Positions 1 through 9,681 are shown, counted from the first letter of the stretch. The stretch: DNA of 64,000 nucleotides from an uncultured Acidobacteriota bacterium (GCA_963750915.1 CAVVSF010000005.1:298709-362708); one strand, 5' to 3'. Program-made: numbers and translations. Notes: generated by a model not told the origin, from the letters alone.

Positions 1-1
1 G

Positions 2-559
2 GGACGCGTCGCGGCGCTCTACGTGTTCGATCCTGGTCCCGACGGCTCGATTGGCGACGTGTCCTGGATCATCTCGGCGCGGCGGTCCGGCAAGCTGCCG
101 TTTCTCATCGTCCAGGGCGTTTTGCTCACAGATTTGGCGAAGGCGGCCGACGTCGTGCTGCCCGGTGCATCGTGGGTCGAGAAAGACGCGTCCTATGTAA
201 ACAAGGACGGCCGGCTGCAGGCGTCGGCGCGCGCGATGGCGCCGCCGGCGGAGGCGCAGGAGGACTGGAAGGTCCTGACTGACCTCGGCCTGGCGCTCGG
301 CGCCGCGGCCTCGTACGCGTCGAGCGACGAGATTCGCGCGGAACTGGCATCGGCGCTGAGCGGCAACCCGGCCTATGCGGCGGTCGCGAACCTCAAGTTC
401 TCGCGGCCGGTTTCAGCGAAAACCTGGCTGCAGGCCTCCAACCCGTCGGAGCGTTGGAAGTGGGATTTCATGTTCCAGGACCTGCCGCCGGTGAAGTTCG
501 AGGGCCGGCACGGGCTGTCGTCGCTGCTCGGCGCGATCCCGCTCAAAGAACTGAAGTAG
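2..559 (+). CDS. C-terminal fragment (5' end outside window) of a molybdopterin-oxidoreductase-type subunit, NuoG / formate dehydrogenase alpha-like
   Basis: ORF 23..559 stays open to the window edge in the same frame. The stretch VVLPGASWVEKDASYVNKDGRLQ...EDWKVL resembles the C-terminal end of NADH dehydrogenase subunit G-type proteins. Confidence 0.55.
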   Translation, partial: GRVAALYVFDPGPDGSIGDVSWIISARRSGKLPFLIVQGVLLTDLAKAADVVLPGASWVEKDASYVNKDGRLQASARAMAPPAEAQEDWKVLTDLGLALGAAASYASSDEIRAELASALSGNPAYAAVANLKFSRPVSAKTWLQASNPSERWKWDFMFQDLPPVKFEGRHGLSSLLGAIPLKELK

Positions 560-590
560 ACGCGCCGCCTGCGTCGGGACACGAACACGC

Positions 591-1313
591 ATGGGTGAGA
601 ACGTCAGTCTGATCGCAGCCTTCGGCGCCGGCTTTCTGTCGTTCATCTCTCCCTGCGTCCTGCCGCTGATCCCCGGCTACCTGTCGTTCGTCTCGGGCGT
701 CTCGCTCGAGGAGATGCGCGGCGACCAGGCGCTGGCCGCGCGCCGCCAGGTCATTGTCACGTCGCTGGCGTTCGTCCTCGGGTTCTCGCTGGTCTTCATC
801 GCGCTCGGCGCGTCGGCCAGCGCTCTGGGACGCTTCCTCTTTCGCAACAGCACCCTGCTCGAACGCATCGCCGGCGCGCTGGTGATCGTCATCGGCCTGC
901 ACACGATGGGCGTGTTCCGGCTGCCGTTCCTCGAGACCGAGAAACGCCTCCAGGCTGGCACGAAGCCGAAGACGCTGACCGGCGCGGTGCTGGTGGGAAT
1001 GGCCTTCGGGTTCGGCTGGACGCCCTGCATCGGCCCGATCCTGTCGGGCATCCTCGTCCTCGCCGGGTCGAAAGAAACGATCTGGGAAGGCGTCGTGATG
1101 CTCGCGGTCTATTCGCTGGGCCTGGGGATCCCGTTCCTGCTGACGGCCCTGGCGATCAACAAGTTCTTTGCCGCCTCAAGCCGCATCCGCAAGCACTATC
1201 ACGCCATCGAAGTGACGTCCGGCCTGCTGCTCGTCGGCATCGGTCTCCTGCTCTTCACCGGCCAGATGACCGCGATTACGCGCGTCCTCACCCCGTATTT
1301 GCCAACGTTTTAG
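591..1313 (+). CDS. ccdA: Cytochrome c biogenesis / thiol-disulfide transfer membrane protein CcdA (DsbD family)
   Basis: 240-aa polytopic membrane ORF with FISPCVLPLIPGY and GWTPCIGPIL Cys motifs typical of CcdA/DsbD-beta. Confidence 0.85.
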   Translation: MGENVSLIAAFGAGFLSFISPCVLPLIPGYLSFVSGVSLEEMRGDQALAARRQVIVTSLAFVLGFSLVFIALGASASALGRFLFRNSTLLERIAGALVIVIGLHTMGVFRLPFLETEKRLQAGTKPKTLTGAVLVGMAFGFGWTPCIGPILSGILVLAGSKETIWEGVVMLAVYSLGLGIPFLLTALAINKFFAASSRIRKHYHAIEVTSGLLLVGIGLLLFTGQMTAITRVLTPYLPTF

Positions 1314-1346
1314 CTCAGGGACCCGTAGGGCGTGGCTTCAGCCCCG

Positions 1347-1387
1347 CCGGGGACAGTCACTCGGGACAGTCACGGGTGACTGTCCCC
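1347..1387. terminator. GGGGACAGTCAC-family hairpin (copy 1) between convergent ccdA and lipid kinase genes; candidate bidirectional terminator / REP-like element
   Basis: CCGGGGACAGTCAC-TCGGGACAGTCACG-GGTGACTGTCCCC has 12-bp perfect arms. The left arm is duplicated. A 41-nt identical copy lies at 10317..10357. Confidence 0.5.
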
Positions 1388-1391
1388 GGGG

Positions 1392-2288
1392 CTAACTCCG
1401 CACGAGGAGCGCGCCGGGGCGGACCGTAACGACCAGGCGCTTCCCAGCCACGCCCGGCTCCCCGTCCACGTGGTAGACGATGTCGTGATCGGCTTCCACC
1501 GTCGCCGACCGCACGGTCCGCATGAGCAGCCGCGGCGCGCGTTCGATCTTGCCGCGCAGCAGGTGCCGCGCATCCAGGATCCGCGACAGGACCGGCCGGT
1601 CCTCGACGACGCAGCAGTCGAGCAGCCCGTCGTCGAGCCGGGCGGCCGGCGCGATCCGTATCCCCATCCCGTACTCGACGCCGTTGGCGAATGCCACCAG
1701 GAGGGCGCGATGCACCGTCGTGGTCGTGCGGTGGTCGTCGACGAGGGTGATGTTGTAGGTCAGCCCGGCATAGCGGACGCCTTCGCGGAAGCCGATCATC
1801 ACGTAGGGCAGCGGGCCGCGGCGGCCGGGCGGGCGCTGGTTGAAGAGCAGGGCGACGTGGGCGTCGAAGCCGAGGCCGGCGACGTTGAAGAAAGCGCGAT
1901 CGTTCAACAGGCCGACGTCGACGGCGCGGACGCGGCCGTCGAGCGCGGCGGCGATCGCCGCGTTGGGCTCGCGCGGAATCGCGAGACCGCCCGCCAGACC
2001 GTTGCCCGAGCCCGCGGGAACCAGTCCGAGCGCGGTCGAGCTCCCTGCCAGCGCGCTCCCAACCTCGTTGACGGTACCGTCGCCGCCCCAGGTGAGGACG
2101 AGATCCGCCGCTGCCTCGACGGCGCGGCCGGCGATCTCGCGCGCATGGCCGGCGCGCTGCGTCAGGACGACGGAACCGTCGAGGCTGCGGCGATCGAGCG
2201 CGGCGCGAATCATGGCGATCCGATCGGCGGCTGTCTCTGACGTCATGCCGCGGCCGGAGATCGGGTTGACGATGGCGACGATTCGCAT
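1392..2288 (-). CDS. Diacylglycerol / lipid kinase, YegS/BmrU family
   Basis: MRIVAIVNPISGRG N-terminus, a GGDGTVNEV motif and 298 aa are typical of the DAGK catalytic domain family. Confidence 0.85.
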   Translation of the reverse strand: MRIVAIVNPISGRGMTSETAADRIAMIRAALDRRSLDGSVVLTQRAGHAREIAGRAVEAAADLVLTWGGDGTVNEVGSALAGSSTALGLVPAGSGNGLAGGLAIPREPNAAIAAALDGRVRAVDVGLLNDRAFFNVAGLGFDAHVALLFNQRPPGRRGPLPYVMIGFREGVRYAGLTYNITLVDDHRTTTTVHRALLVAFANGVEYGMGIRIAPAARLDDGLLDCCVVEDRPVLSRILDARHLLRGKIERAPRLLMRTVRSATVEADHDIVYHVDGEPGVAGKRLVVTVRPGALLVRS

Positions 2289-2399
2289 GGCTGCGATGAT
2301 GATCGCTGGTGCTATAGTAACCGTTGCCGAGATGCACCACGCTTCGCCGCCGCTGCCTGCGAGCGATGGCGATCGTCACGACGGATCGCAGACATCAGA

Positions 2400-3680
2400 A
2401 TGCACACTCGAGCCGCCCGTCTCGTCCTCCTCGCGATCTTCATCGCTTCCCTTGCCGTCGCCGCGTTCCTGTTTCGAAAGAGTGAGTCGCTCGCTGCGGC
2501 GCAGCTGACGACGGCGCGGACGTTCGAGACCTCGGCGCGGATGGTGGAGCACGGACTCGTCGAGCTTCGTGCCACACAGCGTGGCTACGTTGCCGCCGGA
2601 CAGACAGGGGATTTCTGGATCCCGCGCGTCGCGCAGTCGGTGGGAAGCCTGCAGCAGACGGTGGCCAGCCTGCGGGCGACCGCCATCTCGCCGGTGGCGC
2701 AGGCGTCGCTCGACGAAGTCACCTCCGCGCTCGGCGACTTCGCGCGTGTCGACAAGCGCGCGATCGAGTACATCCGCCGGGCTCAACCGCTGCTGGCGTC
2801 GGACGTGATTTTCGGCGAGGGTCGCGAGCTCACCGACTCGGCCCTGGCCGCTCTCGAACAGGCCCGCGGCGCCGAATCCGGCGCCAGGCTGGCCGCTGCC
2901 GACACTGAAGCGAGGCGCGGGGTCTTTGCGTTGATTGCCGCCGCCGCCTCTTCGCTCCTCGCCGTCCTCCTGCTCGTGCCGCAAAGGGCGCCGGCCAGGA
3001 CCGCCGCCGACGCCGACCGCTCCGCCGGCGTACGGGCGGCGCAGCCGCTCCGCGGTGAATCCGCCACCCCGGCTGCGGCCGCCTCGTCGCAGGAACCGCA
3101 GGCCGACACGATAGCCGCCGAGGCCGGGGCTGAACCCGGCACAGGGGCCGTGGAGGCGTCGCTGCCGGCGCCCGGACCTGCCGGGTTCGGGCCGACGATG
3201 GTTACGACGGACTTCGGTGGAGTCGCGGCCCTCTGCGTCGATCTCGCCCGCGTCGTCGATACCCGGGCGCTGCCGTCGCTGCTCGAGCGGGCGCGGACGA
3301 TTCTCGACGCGTCCGGCATCGTCCTGTGGATTGCCGATCCCGATGGCCGCGAGCTCAACCCGATCTTTGCGCAGGGCTATCCGCCGCAGCTGATCAACCG
3401 GCTCGGGACCATCCCCCGCGACGCGGAGAACGCGACCGCGGCCGCGTTCCGCACCTCGCTGCTGCAGACCGTCGTGGCTGATACGATCTCGGCCGGCGCG
3501 ATTGCGGCGCCGCTCGTGACACCCGGGGGATGCGTCGGCGTCATGGCCGCGGAAGTCATGCACGACGCCGAACGCCAGGACATGAAGCTGGCGGCCGCGA
3601 CGATCGTCGCGGCCCAGCTCGCAACGCTGGTGGGACCGCCCGCCAAGGCCCAGGCCAGGAGCGGAGCCGCGGGCGCGTAG
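2400..3680 (+). CDS. Membrane-anchored sensor-like protein with a C-terminal GAF-like domain and no recognisable output domain
   Basis: N-terminal TM helix, a helical region reminiscent of CHASE3, an Ala/Pro-rich linker, and a C-terminal block (IVLWIADPDGRELNPIFAQGYP...GCVGVMAAEV) resembling GAF. Confidence 0.6.
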   Translation: MHTRAARLVLLAIFIASLAVAAFLFRKSESLAAAQLTTARTFETSARMVEHGLVELRATQRGYVAAGQTGDFWIPRVAQSVGSLQQTVASLRATAISPVAQASLDEVTSALGDFARVDKRAIEYIRRAQPLLASDVIFGEGRELTDSALAALEQARGAESGARLAAADTEARRGVFALIAAAASSLLAVLLLVPQRAPARTAADADRSAGVRAAQPLRGESATPAAAASSQEPQADTIAAEAGAEPGTGAVEASLPAPGPAGFGPTMVTTDFGGVAALCVDLARVVDTRALPSLLERARTILDASGIVLWIADPDGRELNPIFAQGYPPQLINRLGTIPRDAENATAAAFRTSLLQTVVADTISAGAIAAPLVTPGGCVGVMAAEVMHDAERQDMKLAAATIVAAQLATLVGPPAKAQARSGAAGA

Positions 3681-3684
3681 ACCT

Positions 3685-4539
3685 TTAGAGAACCGTCCGC
3701 GTCGCCGCTTTCGGCGCCGCCTCGACTTTTCCTTTCACCGTCATTGTCTTCCTGTCGCGCACGATTGTGAGCGCGAACTCGTCGCCGCTCTCGAGCCGCT
3801 GCGTGCGCCGCGAGAGGCTTGCGGTATCGGCGACGGTCTCACTGTCGATCGCAGTGATGACATCGCCGGCCTTGACGCCTGCCTTGGCCGCCGCCGACGA
3901 CTCGTTCACCGTCGTCACCAGCACGCCCTCTTTCGTACCGAAGTACTCGGCCAGTTGCGGCGACAGCTCGCTGACCGTCACGCCGAGCCGGCCGCCGAAC
4001 ATCTTTGCGATGACCGGCCCGTCGAACTTGAACGACCGCGCCAGCGGCACCGGCGGCGCGGGAGGTGTCGGCGGCACAGGCGGTAACCCGTCGATGAGGC
4101 GGAAACCGCCCTCGCGAGGTTGAACGTTCAGTGCCACCCGCTGACCGTCGCGCGTGACGGCGGCTGGCACCGTGCGCCCGGCGGCGCTCTCCTGCACGAG
4201 ACGCGTGAACTGACGGCCGCTGCGGACCCGTTCGCCGTCGAACTCGACGACGATGTCACCTGCTTTGAAGCCCGCCTTTGCCGCCGGGCTCTCGGCCTCG
4301 ACGTTCTCGATCGCGACCCCGCCGGTGGACGCCTTGCCTTTGAGGTCTTCGTCGGTGAGATCGCGAATCGTCACGCCAATCTGGCCGCCAGCCCCTGACT
4401 TCAGCAGCCGCACCGCCTGGGCCGCCTCAGGCGCCACCAAGGACAAGTCGTCATCGAGGTGCCACCTGCTCTGCGCCCCGGCAGCGGGCCCGATCGCAGC
4501 CGTCGCGAGAATTGCCGTTGTTGCTAACCACACCCTCAT
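3685..4539 (-). CDS. Periplasmic protein with two PDZ domains
   Basis: Signal peptide MRVWLATTAILATAAIGPAAGA. Two PDZ-like blocks: GVAIENVEAESPAAKAGFKAGDIVVEFDG and GVLVTTVNESSAAAKAGVKAGDVITAID. Confidence 0.75.
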   Translation of the reverse strand: MRVWLATTAILATAAIGPAAGAQSRWHLDDDLSLVAPEAAQAVRLLKSGAGGQIGVTIRDLTDEDLKGKASTGGVAIENVEAESPAAKAGFKAGDIVVEFDGERVRSGRQFTRLVQESAAGRTVPAAVTRDGQRVALNVQPREGGFRLIDGLPPVPPTPPAPPVPLARSFKFDGPVIAKMFGGRLGVTVSELSPQLAEYFGTKEGVLVTTVNESSAAAKAGVKAGDVITAIDSETVADTASLSRRTQRLESGDEFALTIVRDRKTMTVKGKVEAAPKAATRTVL

Positions 4540-4973
4540 GTTCAGTCTCCTCTTCGGACGCCGCCGGAAGATCGCGGGGGCCGGAGCTTCGCGAAAGGTT
4601 CTTCTCTGGTACGAAAGCGGGGATGAAGCCCCGGCGGAACCCGGTCAACGCTGGTGAAAGGTAGACGCCGCGTTTTCGGAAAAGGTTGTCGGGTTCCGTC
4701 CCGCGCTGAGGTCACTGTCTGTCCGCGTTCAAGGACGCGCGCCGCCGGACAATCGTGCAGGACCGAGTATTTACTGGGATTTCAACGCTAACGGACGGGC
4801 ACGCGATTTGATGGTCTGGTGGGCAGTCGCGCGGAATCAACGGGGTGCGTTAACTCAGGCAGGCGCTGGCATCGCCGCATCCCGTCGCAAGTAGTCGATT
4901 TCGCGCGGCTATTTTTGTCTCCGTGGACGGATCCTGAGGCCGGCCCGCGGGACCGAAACCAGGGGGAACATCC

Positions 4974-5330
4974 ATGCGCCGTCCACACACATTCCTTGCT
5001 GCCGTTCTGGCGACGAGCGCGATCGTGTCGGGGTGCGCGCTCCGTTCGCCATCCGTCCAGGAGCTCAGGTACAACCCCGGCCGCTACCAGAACCGCACGG
5101 TCGCCATCGACGGCGTCGTGACGTCGTCCTGGGGCACGCGCTTTCTGCCGGTGAACTTCTATAAGGTCGACGACGGTACCGGTGAGGTCACCGTCATGGG
5201 CCGGGAAGGCCGGACGCCGCCGCGGGGCGCCCACGTCCGGGTCAAGGGGAAGGTCAACGATCTGGCGACGTTCGGCGGCGCGAGCCTTGGTCTCCACCTG
5301 CAGGAGACCGATCTCGACTTCAGGCGGTGA
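4974..5330 (+). CDS. Small lipoprotein, possible OB-fold (BOF/YgiW-like)
   Basis: Lipobox AIVSGC after a signal peptide. 118 aa of beta-rich sequence. Function not established. Confidence 0.6.
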   Translation: MRRPHTFLAAVLATSAIVSGCALRSPSVQELRYNPGRYQNRTVAIDGVVTSSWGTRFLPVNFYKVDDGTGEVTVMGREGRTPPRGAHVRVKGKVNDLATFGGASLGLHLQETDLDFRR

Positions 5331-7110
5331 TCCGCACCGCGACCGCCGTCATGTCGTCGTTCGGCGGCGCGCCATTCCGCCATTCATTGACGGCGTCGAA
5401 GATCGCCTTGACGATCTTCGACGCCGGCAGCTCGCGTGATTTCGCGACGACGTCGAGGAGTCGCGTCGCCGTGAACTCCTGGCCGAGGTCGTTCATCGCC
5501 TCGAACACGCCGTCGGTGCAGAAGACGTAAATCTCCCCCGCCTGCAGCGAGAAACTCACCTCGTCATAGCTCGAACCGGCAAACGATCCCAGCGGCACAC
5601 CGGGCAGCTCAATCTGCTCGCAGCTCGTCGCGTTGCAGCGCACCGGGTACGGCAGGCCCGAGTTGGCCATCGTCATCTTGCGGCGCTTGAGGTCGAAGAT
5701 CGTGTAGCAGAGCGTGCAGTAGTACTCTTCGAGCTGGCGCTGGTTGAGGATGGTGTTGATCGACGCCAGCACGCTCGCCGGGCTCGAGCGCTCCGGCAGG
5801 TAGCGGCGGCGGAAGGTGCGGCCGCGCACGAGCTCGGCGGCGAAGGCGCTGTAGAGGGCCGCGGGCACGCCCTTGCCCGAGACGTCGCCGACCGCGACCA
5901 CCAGCGTGTTCGACTCGGGGGCGAGATAGTCGTGAAAGTCGCCGCCGACCTCGCGCGCCGGGTCGAACGCGGCCGCGACATCCACGCCCTTCAGGCGCTT
6001 CGGCGGCTCCGTCGGCAGCAGCGCGATCTGCACGCGCTGGGCGAAGCGGACTTCCTTCTCCAGCCGCGCCTCGTTGGCGCGGAGCTCCTCGTAAAGATTC
6101 GCGTTCTCGATCGCGACCGCGGCCTGGCTGGCGAGCAGCGTCAGGATCTCGACGTCCCGCTTGCTGAACGCGTCGAGCTCCGGGCTCTCGAGGTCGACGA
6201 CGCCGATGCAGCGATCCTTGATCAGCATCGGGATCGCGAGCTCGGAGCGGACGTCGGGCACGACACGGATGTAGCGCGGATCCTGGGCGACGTCGGTAAC
6301 GAGCACCGGCTCCTTGTGCAGCGCGGCGTAACCGACGATGCCCTCGCCGAGCTTGACGCGCGGCAGGTCGCGCTTCTCGCCGAAGTGGACGGCGATCTTG
6401 ATCTCGAGCTCGTCGGCGTCGTTGAGGAGCAGGATGCCGAACGTGCGGTAGTCCACGAGGCGCTTGGTCAGCTGGGCGATGCGCGCGAACAACTGATCGA
6501 GGTCGAGCACGGAGGCGACCTCGTGGCCGATCTCGGCCAGCGTCTCGAGCGCCTCGGCGTCGGCGCGGCTCTGCTCGAACAGCCTGGCGTTGACCAGCGC
6601 GATGGCGACGTGGGCGGCGAACTGTCGAAGGATGGCGATGTCGCGGCCCGTGAATTGATCCCGCCGCCGGCTGAGGATGTTCAGCGCCCCGATCGGCTTC
6701 GACTTGTGCATCAGGGGGACGACGATCTCGGACGCCATCCCCGGCACGAACTCGACGTAGCGAGGGTCGGTCGTGAGGTCGTTGACGAGGAGCGGCGTCT
6801 CGCTGATCACGGCGGCGCCGACGAGTCCCTGGCCGACCTGCAGCCGGAGCGGCTCCGACGTCACGGGATAGCCGACGGAGTAGGCGACCTTGAGCTCGGG
6901 GCGGCGCTCGTCGAGCAGGTAGACCGCGAAGGCTTCGAAAGAGATGACGCGACGGATGAGAACCGGGATCTGCTGGAGGAGCTCATCGAGATCCAGCACT
7001 GCGGTTACCTGGCGGCCAAGGTCGAACAGCGTCGAGACGATGTCGCGCTCGGCGCTGCCGGGGGGCTGCGCCGGCGCGGCGGGGGCCTGATCTACGGGGT
7101 CGTTGCTCAC
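5320..7110 (-). CDS. PP2C/SpoIIE-family serine phosphatase with two N-terminal GAF domains (RsbU-like)
   Basis: Tandem GAF-like blocks followed by a GGDFHDY...VAVGDVSGKGVPAAL...DGVFEA...DDMTAVAVR phosphatase domain. The ORF runs to 7257, but that start would abut fabZ. The in-frame GTG at 7110 is preferred; the start is uncertain. Confidence 0.8.
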   Translation of the reverse strand: MSNDPVDQAPAAPAQPPGSAERDIVSTLFDLGRQVTAVLDLDELLQQIPVLIRRVISFEAFAVYLLDERRPELKVAYSVGYPVTSEPLRLQVGQGLVGAAVISETPLLVNDLTTDPRYVEFVPGMASEIVVPLMHKSKPIGALNILSRRRDQFTGRDIAILRQFAAHVAIALVNARLFEQSRADAEALETLAEIGHEVASVLDLDQLFARIAQLTKRLVDYRTFGILLLNDADELEIKIAVHFGEKRDLPRVKLGEGIVGYAALHKEPVLVTDVAQDPRYIRVVPDVRSELAIPMLIKDRCIGVVDLESPELDAFSKRDVEILTLLASQAAVAIENANLYEELRANEARLEKEVRFAQRVQIALLPTEPPKRLKGVDVAAAFDPAREVGGDFHDYLAPESNTLVVAVGDVSGKGVPAALYSAFAAELVRGRTFRRRYLPERSSPASVLASINTILNQRQLEEYYCTLCYTIFDLKRRKMTMANSGLPYPVRCNATSCEQIELPGVPLGSFAGSSYDEVSFSLQAGEIYVFCTDGVFEAMNDLGQEFTATRLLDVVAKSRELPASKIVKAIFDAVNEWRNGAPPNDDMTAVAVRITA

Positions 7111-7256
7111 TGAGGCCGTTTTCGCTCTGGGTGTGCGACTTCGGTCGACGTTCCCGGACCTTCGCAGGTGAACGTCACGGGAGATCCGGGCTGGTCGCTG
7201 AATCGAATTATACTTGGAAGTTCCGGCGCCGCCGCCGCGCTGTTCCGGCAGAACCA

Positions 7257-7724
7257 ATGGACATCACGCTGCCTCTCGACTACGCCGCGATCGAGCGGAT
7301 CCTTCCGCATAGGTATCCGTTCCTGCTCGTCGATCGCGTCACCGAGCTGGTGCCCGATCAGCGAATCGTCGGCATCAAGAACGTGACGCTGAACGAGCGC
7401 TACCTCGCGCATCGTCCCGGTGAAGTGCCGGTGCTGCCGCCGACGATCCTGACGGAAGCAATCGCCCAGGTCGGCGCCATCCTGATCCTGGCGAAGCCGG
7501 AGAACCGCAACAAGCTCCCGTACTTTCGCAGCATCGAGCGCGTGCGGTACCGGCGCACCGTGCACCCGGGTGACGTCGTGGTCATCGAGGCCACCGTGCG
7601 GCGGCTGCGCAGCCGCGTCGGCGTGCTGCGAGGCATCGCAAGGGTCGGCGGGAAAGTCGTGGTCGAGGGGACGATGACGTTCGCGCTCGGCCCGCGGACG
7701 GGCGCGCCGGACTCCGGCGAATAG
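7257..7724 (+). CDS. fabZ: 3-hydroxyacyl-ACP dehydratase FabZ
   Basis: ILPHRYPFLLVDRV and the HF..PV-type hotdog-fold core. The internal ATG (MDITLPL) gives the usual length of about 155 aa. Confidence 0.9.
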   Translation: MDITLPLDYAAIERILPHRYPFLLVDRVTELVPDQRIVGIKNVTLNERYLAHRPGEVPVLPPTILTEAIAQVGAILILAKPENRNKLPYFRSIERVRYRRTVHPGDVVVIEATVRRLRSRVGVLRGIARVGGKVVVEGTMTFALGPRTGAPDSGE

Positions 7725-7735
7725 ATCGTTCGGGC

Positions 7736-8494
7736 TCACCGCAGCACGAGCAGGACCGCTCCGACCTTCGCCGCCCTCGACAGCCACTTCGGCAGCTCCG
7801 CATCGGGATCGAGATAGCGCCACGCGTCCAGCGCGGCCGGCAGCAGTACCACCGCGCCGATCCACGGCTCCTCCGTCCCGGACGACACCGCCATCCCGCG
7901 GGTGTCGCGCTCGTCCGGCCCAATGCGCGCGAACGCGGCGACCGAGTACATCCCGGAAGCGGCGAGATTGAAGGCGAAGATTCCCTTCAGGTAGGGGTTG
8001 CGTTCGCTGCGCAGCCGCGGCCGGCTCGTGAGCAGCCACTCGTTCGTCGCGTTCTGCACCCAGAACCCCGCCGACGACACCGCAAACTCCTGTTTTGGCG
8101 AAAGATCCGACCGGTGGGTGATGGCGAAAAACGGGATGCCGCCGAACTCGACGCGCTTGACGCCGGGATCGGCATCGAAGATCACATCGAACAGCAGATG
8201 GCCGCCCTCGTGGGCGGCGAAACCGGTCAGCGCGCCGGCGATGAGCCCCCCGATCGCAGCAGTCCGATTCACACTCTGTCGTGGATCCTCCTGCCGCGCT
8301 TCCTGCCCCGCTTCGGCTGAGCTGGCGGCAGCGCCGAGCGCAACCGCCACAATACACAGCAGTAAGCGCGATCTCAGCCGGTGAGCGGTTCCTGCCTCGG
8401 CCGTGGCATATACGTTGCTCGGTAGGCGCCGGAGCCTTAACGCGCCCAGATGGGCGACAAGGAGATGAGAGATGCTCGAAACCATTGCGATCAT
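7736..8494 (-). CDS. Hypothetical secreted/membrane protein with an HExxH motif (possible metallopeptidase)
   Basis: AAHEGGHLLFD motif after a signal-like hydrophobic segment. The start is uncertain (an alternative GTG lies near 8413). Confidence 0.5.
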   Translation of the reverse strand: MIAMVSSISHLLVAHLGALRLRRLPSNVYATAEAGTAHRLRSRLLLCIVAVALGAAASSAEAGQEARQEDPRQSVNRTAAIGGLIAGALTGFAAHEGGHLLFDVIFDADPGVKRVEFGGIPFFAITHRSDLSPKQEFAVSSAGFWVQNATNEWLLTSRPRLRSERNPYLKGIFAFNLAASGMYSVAAFARIGPDERDTRGMAVSSGTEEPWIGAVVLLPAALDAWRYLDPDAELPKWLSRAAKVGAVLLVLR

Positions 8495-8618
8495 TCTGAT
8501 TATTCTGTGGCTGCTGGGTCTCGTCAGCGGCTACACGATGGGTAACTTCATCTATGTTCTGCTCGTGATTGCTATCGTGCTCTTCCTGGTAAGGCTCGTC
8601 AGCGGACGACGGGTCTGA
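8472..8618 (+). CDS. 48-aa two-TM membrane peptide, lmo0937-family-like
   Basis: Not in the ORF track (under 60 aa). AAGGAG lies 6-7 nt upstream of the ATG. Product: MLETIAIILIILWLLGLVSGYTMGNFIYVLLVIAIVLFLVRLVSGRRV. Confidence 0.6.
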   Translation: MLETIAIILIILWLLGLVSGYTMGNFIYVLLVIAIVLFLVRLVSGRRV

Positions 8619-8681
8619 CGTGAGCGCATCCGTAGATACGATGCGGGATGCAGCGCCCTGCATCCCGCATCACCCTCTTAA

Positions 8682-9681
8682 TCAGGCAGGACGTCCGGCG
8701 ACGCGCGTTGTCGCCGACGGCGATTTGGCGAGCCGCGCGGTGAACGCCGCGCGCTCCCAGCGCACTACCGCCACACCGGCGAAGACGAGGGCCGCGGCCA
8801 TCGCCATGCGCCACGTGAACGGTTCGTGCAATACGAGGATCCCCAGCGCGACGGCAATCACCGGATTGATATAGGCATAAAGCGAGACGAACGATACCGG
8901 CAGGTGTCGCAGCGCATAGGTGTATGCGACGAAGCCGCCGATCGCGCCGAGCGTCGCCATATACACGAGGGCAACGGTCGTCCTGGTCGTGAAGAAGAGA
9001 TCGCTCCACTCGCCGCGCAGTGTCCCCACCACGATCATCATCAGGCCGCCGAACAGCATCTGATACGCCGTCGATCCGAGCACGCCGTCCATCGAGTCGC
9101 CGGCCGGCGCGGCAGATGTCGCGGCGGAGCGGCCCTGCCGCTTCGAGTACCGACGACCCAATCGACCAGCCAATCGCCGCGATCTGCAGCGCAACCATGC
9201 CGGCGAGAAAGCCGCGGCTGCTGGCGTTGCCGAGCGTGAGATCCGGCCAGACGAGCACGATGATGCCGCTGAAGCCGATGATCAGGCCGGCGACGACGCC
9301 GCGCCGCAGCGTCTCGCCGTCCGGAAGCAGCGCTTCGACCGTCGCCATCCAGAAGGGCGACGTCGCCACCATCACCGCCGCGAGCCCGCTGGGGACCCAT
9401 TGCTCGGCGAAGACGACGCCGCCGTTGCCGAGGCCGAGAAGCAGGAACCCGAGGAGCGCGATGCTGGCCCACTGCGACGGCGGCGGCAGCGTCTTGCCGC
9501 GGGCGACGAGGTAGAGCGCGAGCAGCGTGCCCGCGATCGTCCACCGCAGGCCGCCCATGAGCGCCGGCGGAATCGACTCGAGGCTGACGCGGATTCCGAG
9601 GTAAGTCGTGCCCCAGATGATACAGACGACGCCCCACGCGAAATAGGCAAGGCGTCGGCTCGCCGCCGCGGCCGGGGTCAT
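8682..9681 (-). pseudogene. EamA/DMT-family transporter interrupted by a single-base frameshift near 9148-9150
   Basis: ORF 8599..9681 reads as a DMT N-terminal half up to ...AAIGWSIGSS. The C-terminal half (YSKRQ...STAYQMLFGGLMMIVVG...YINPVIAVALGILVLHEPF) continues in the frame of ORF 8682..9194. Confidence 0.7.
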
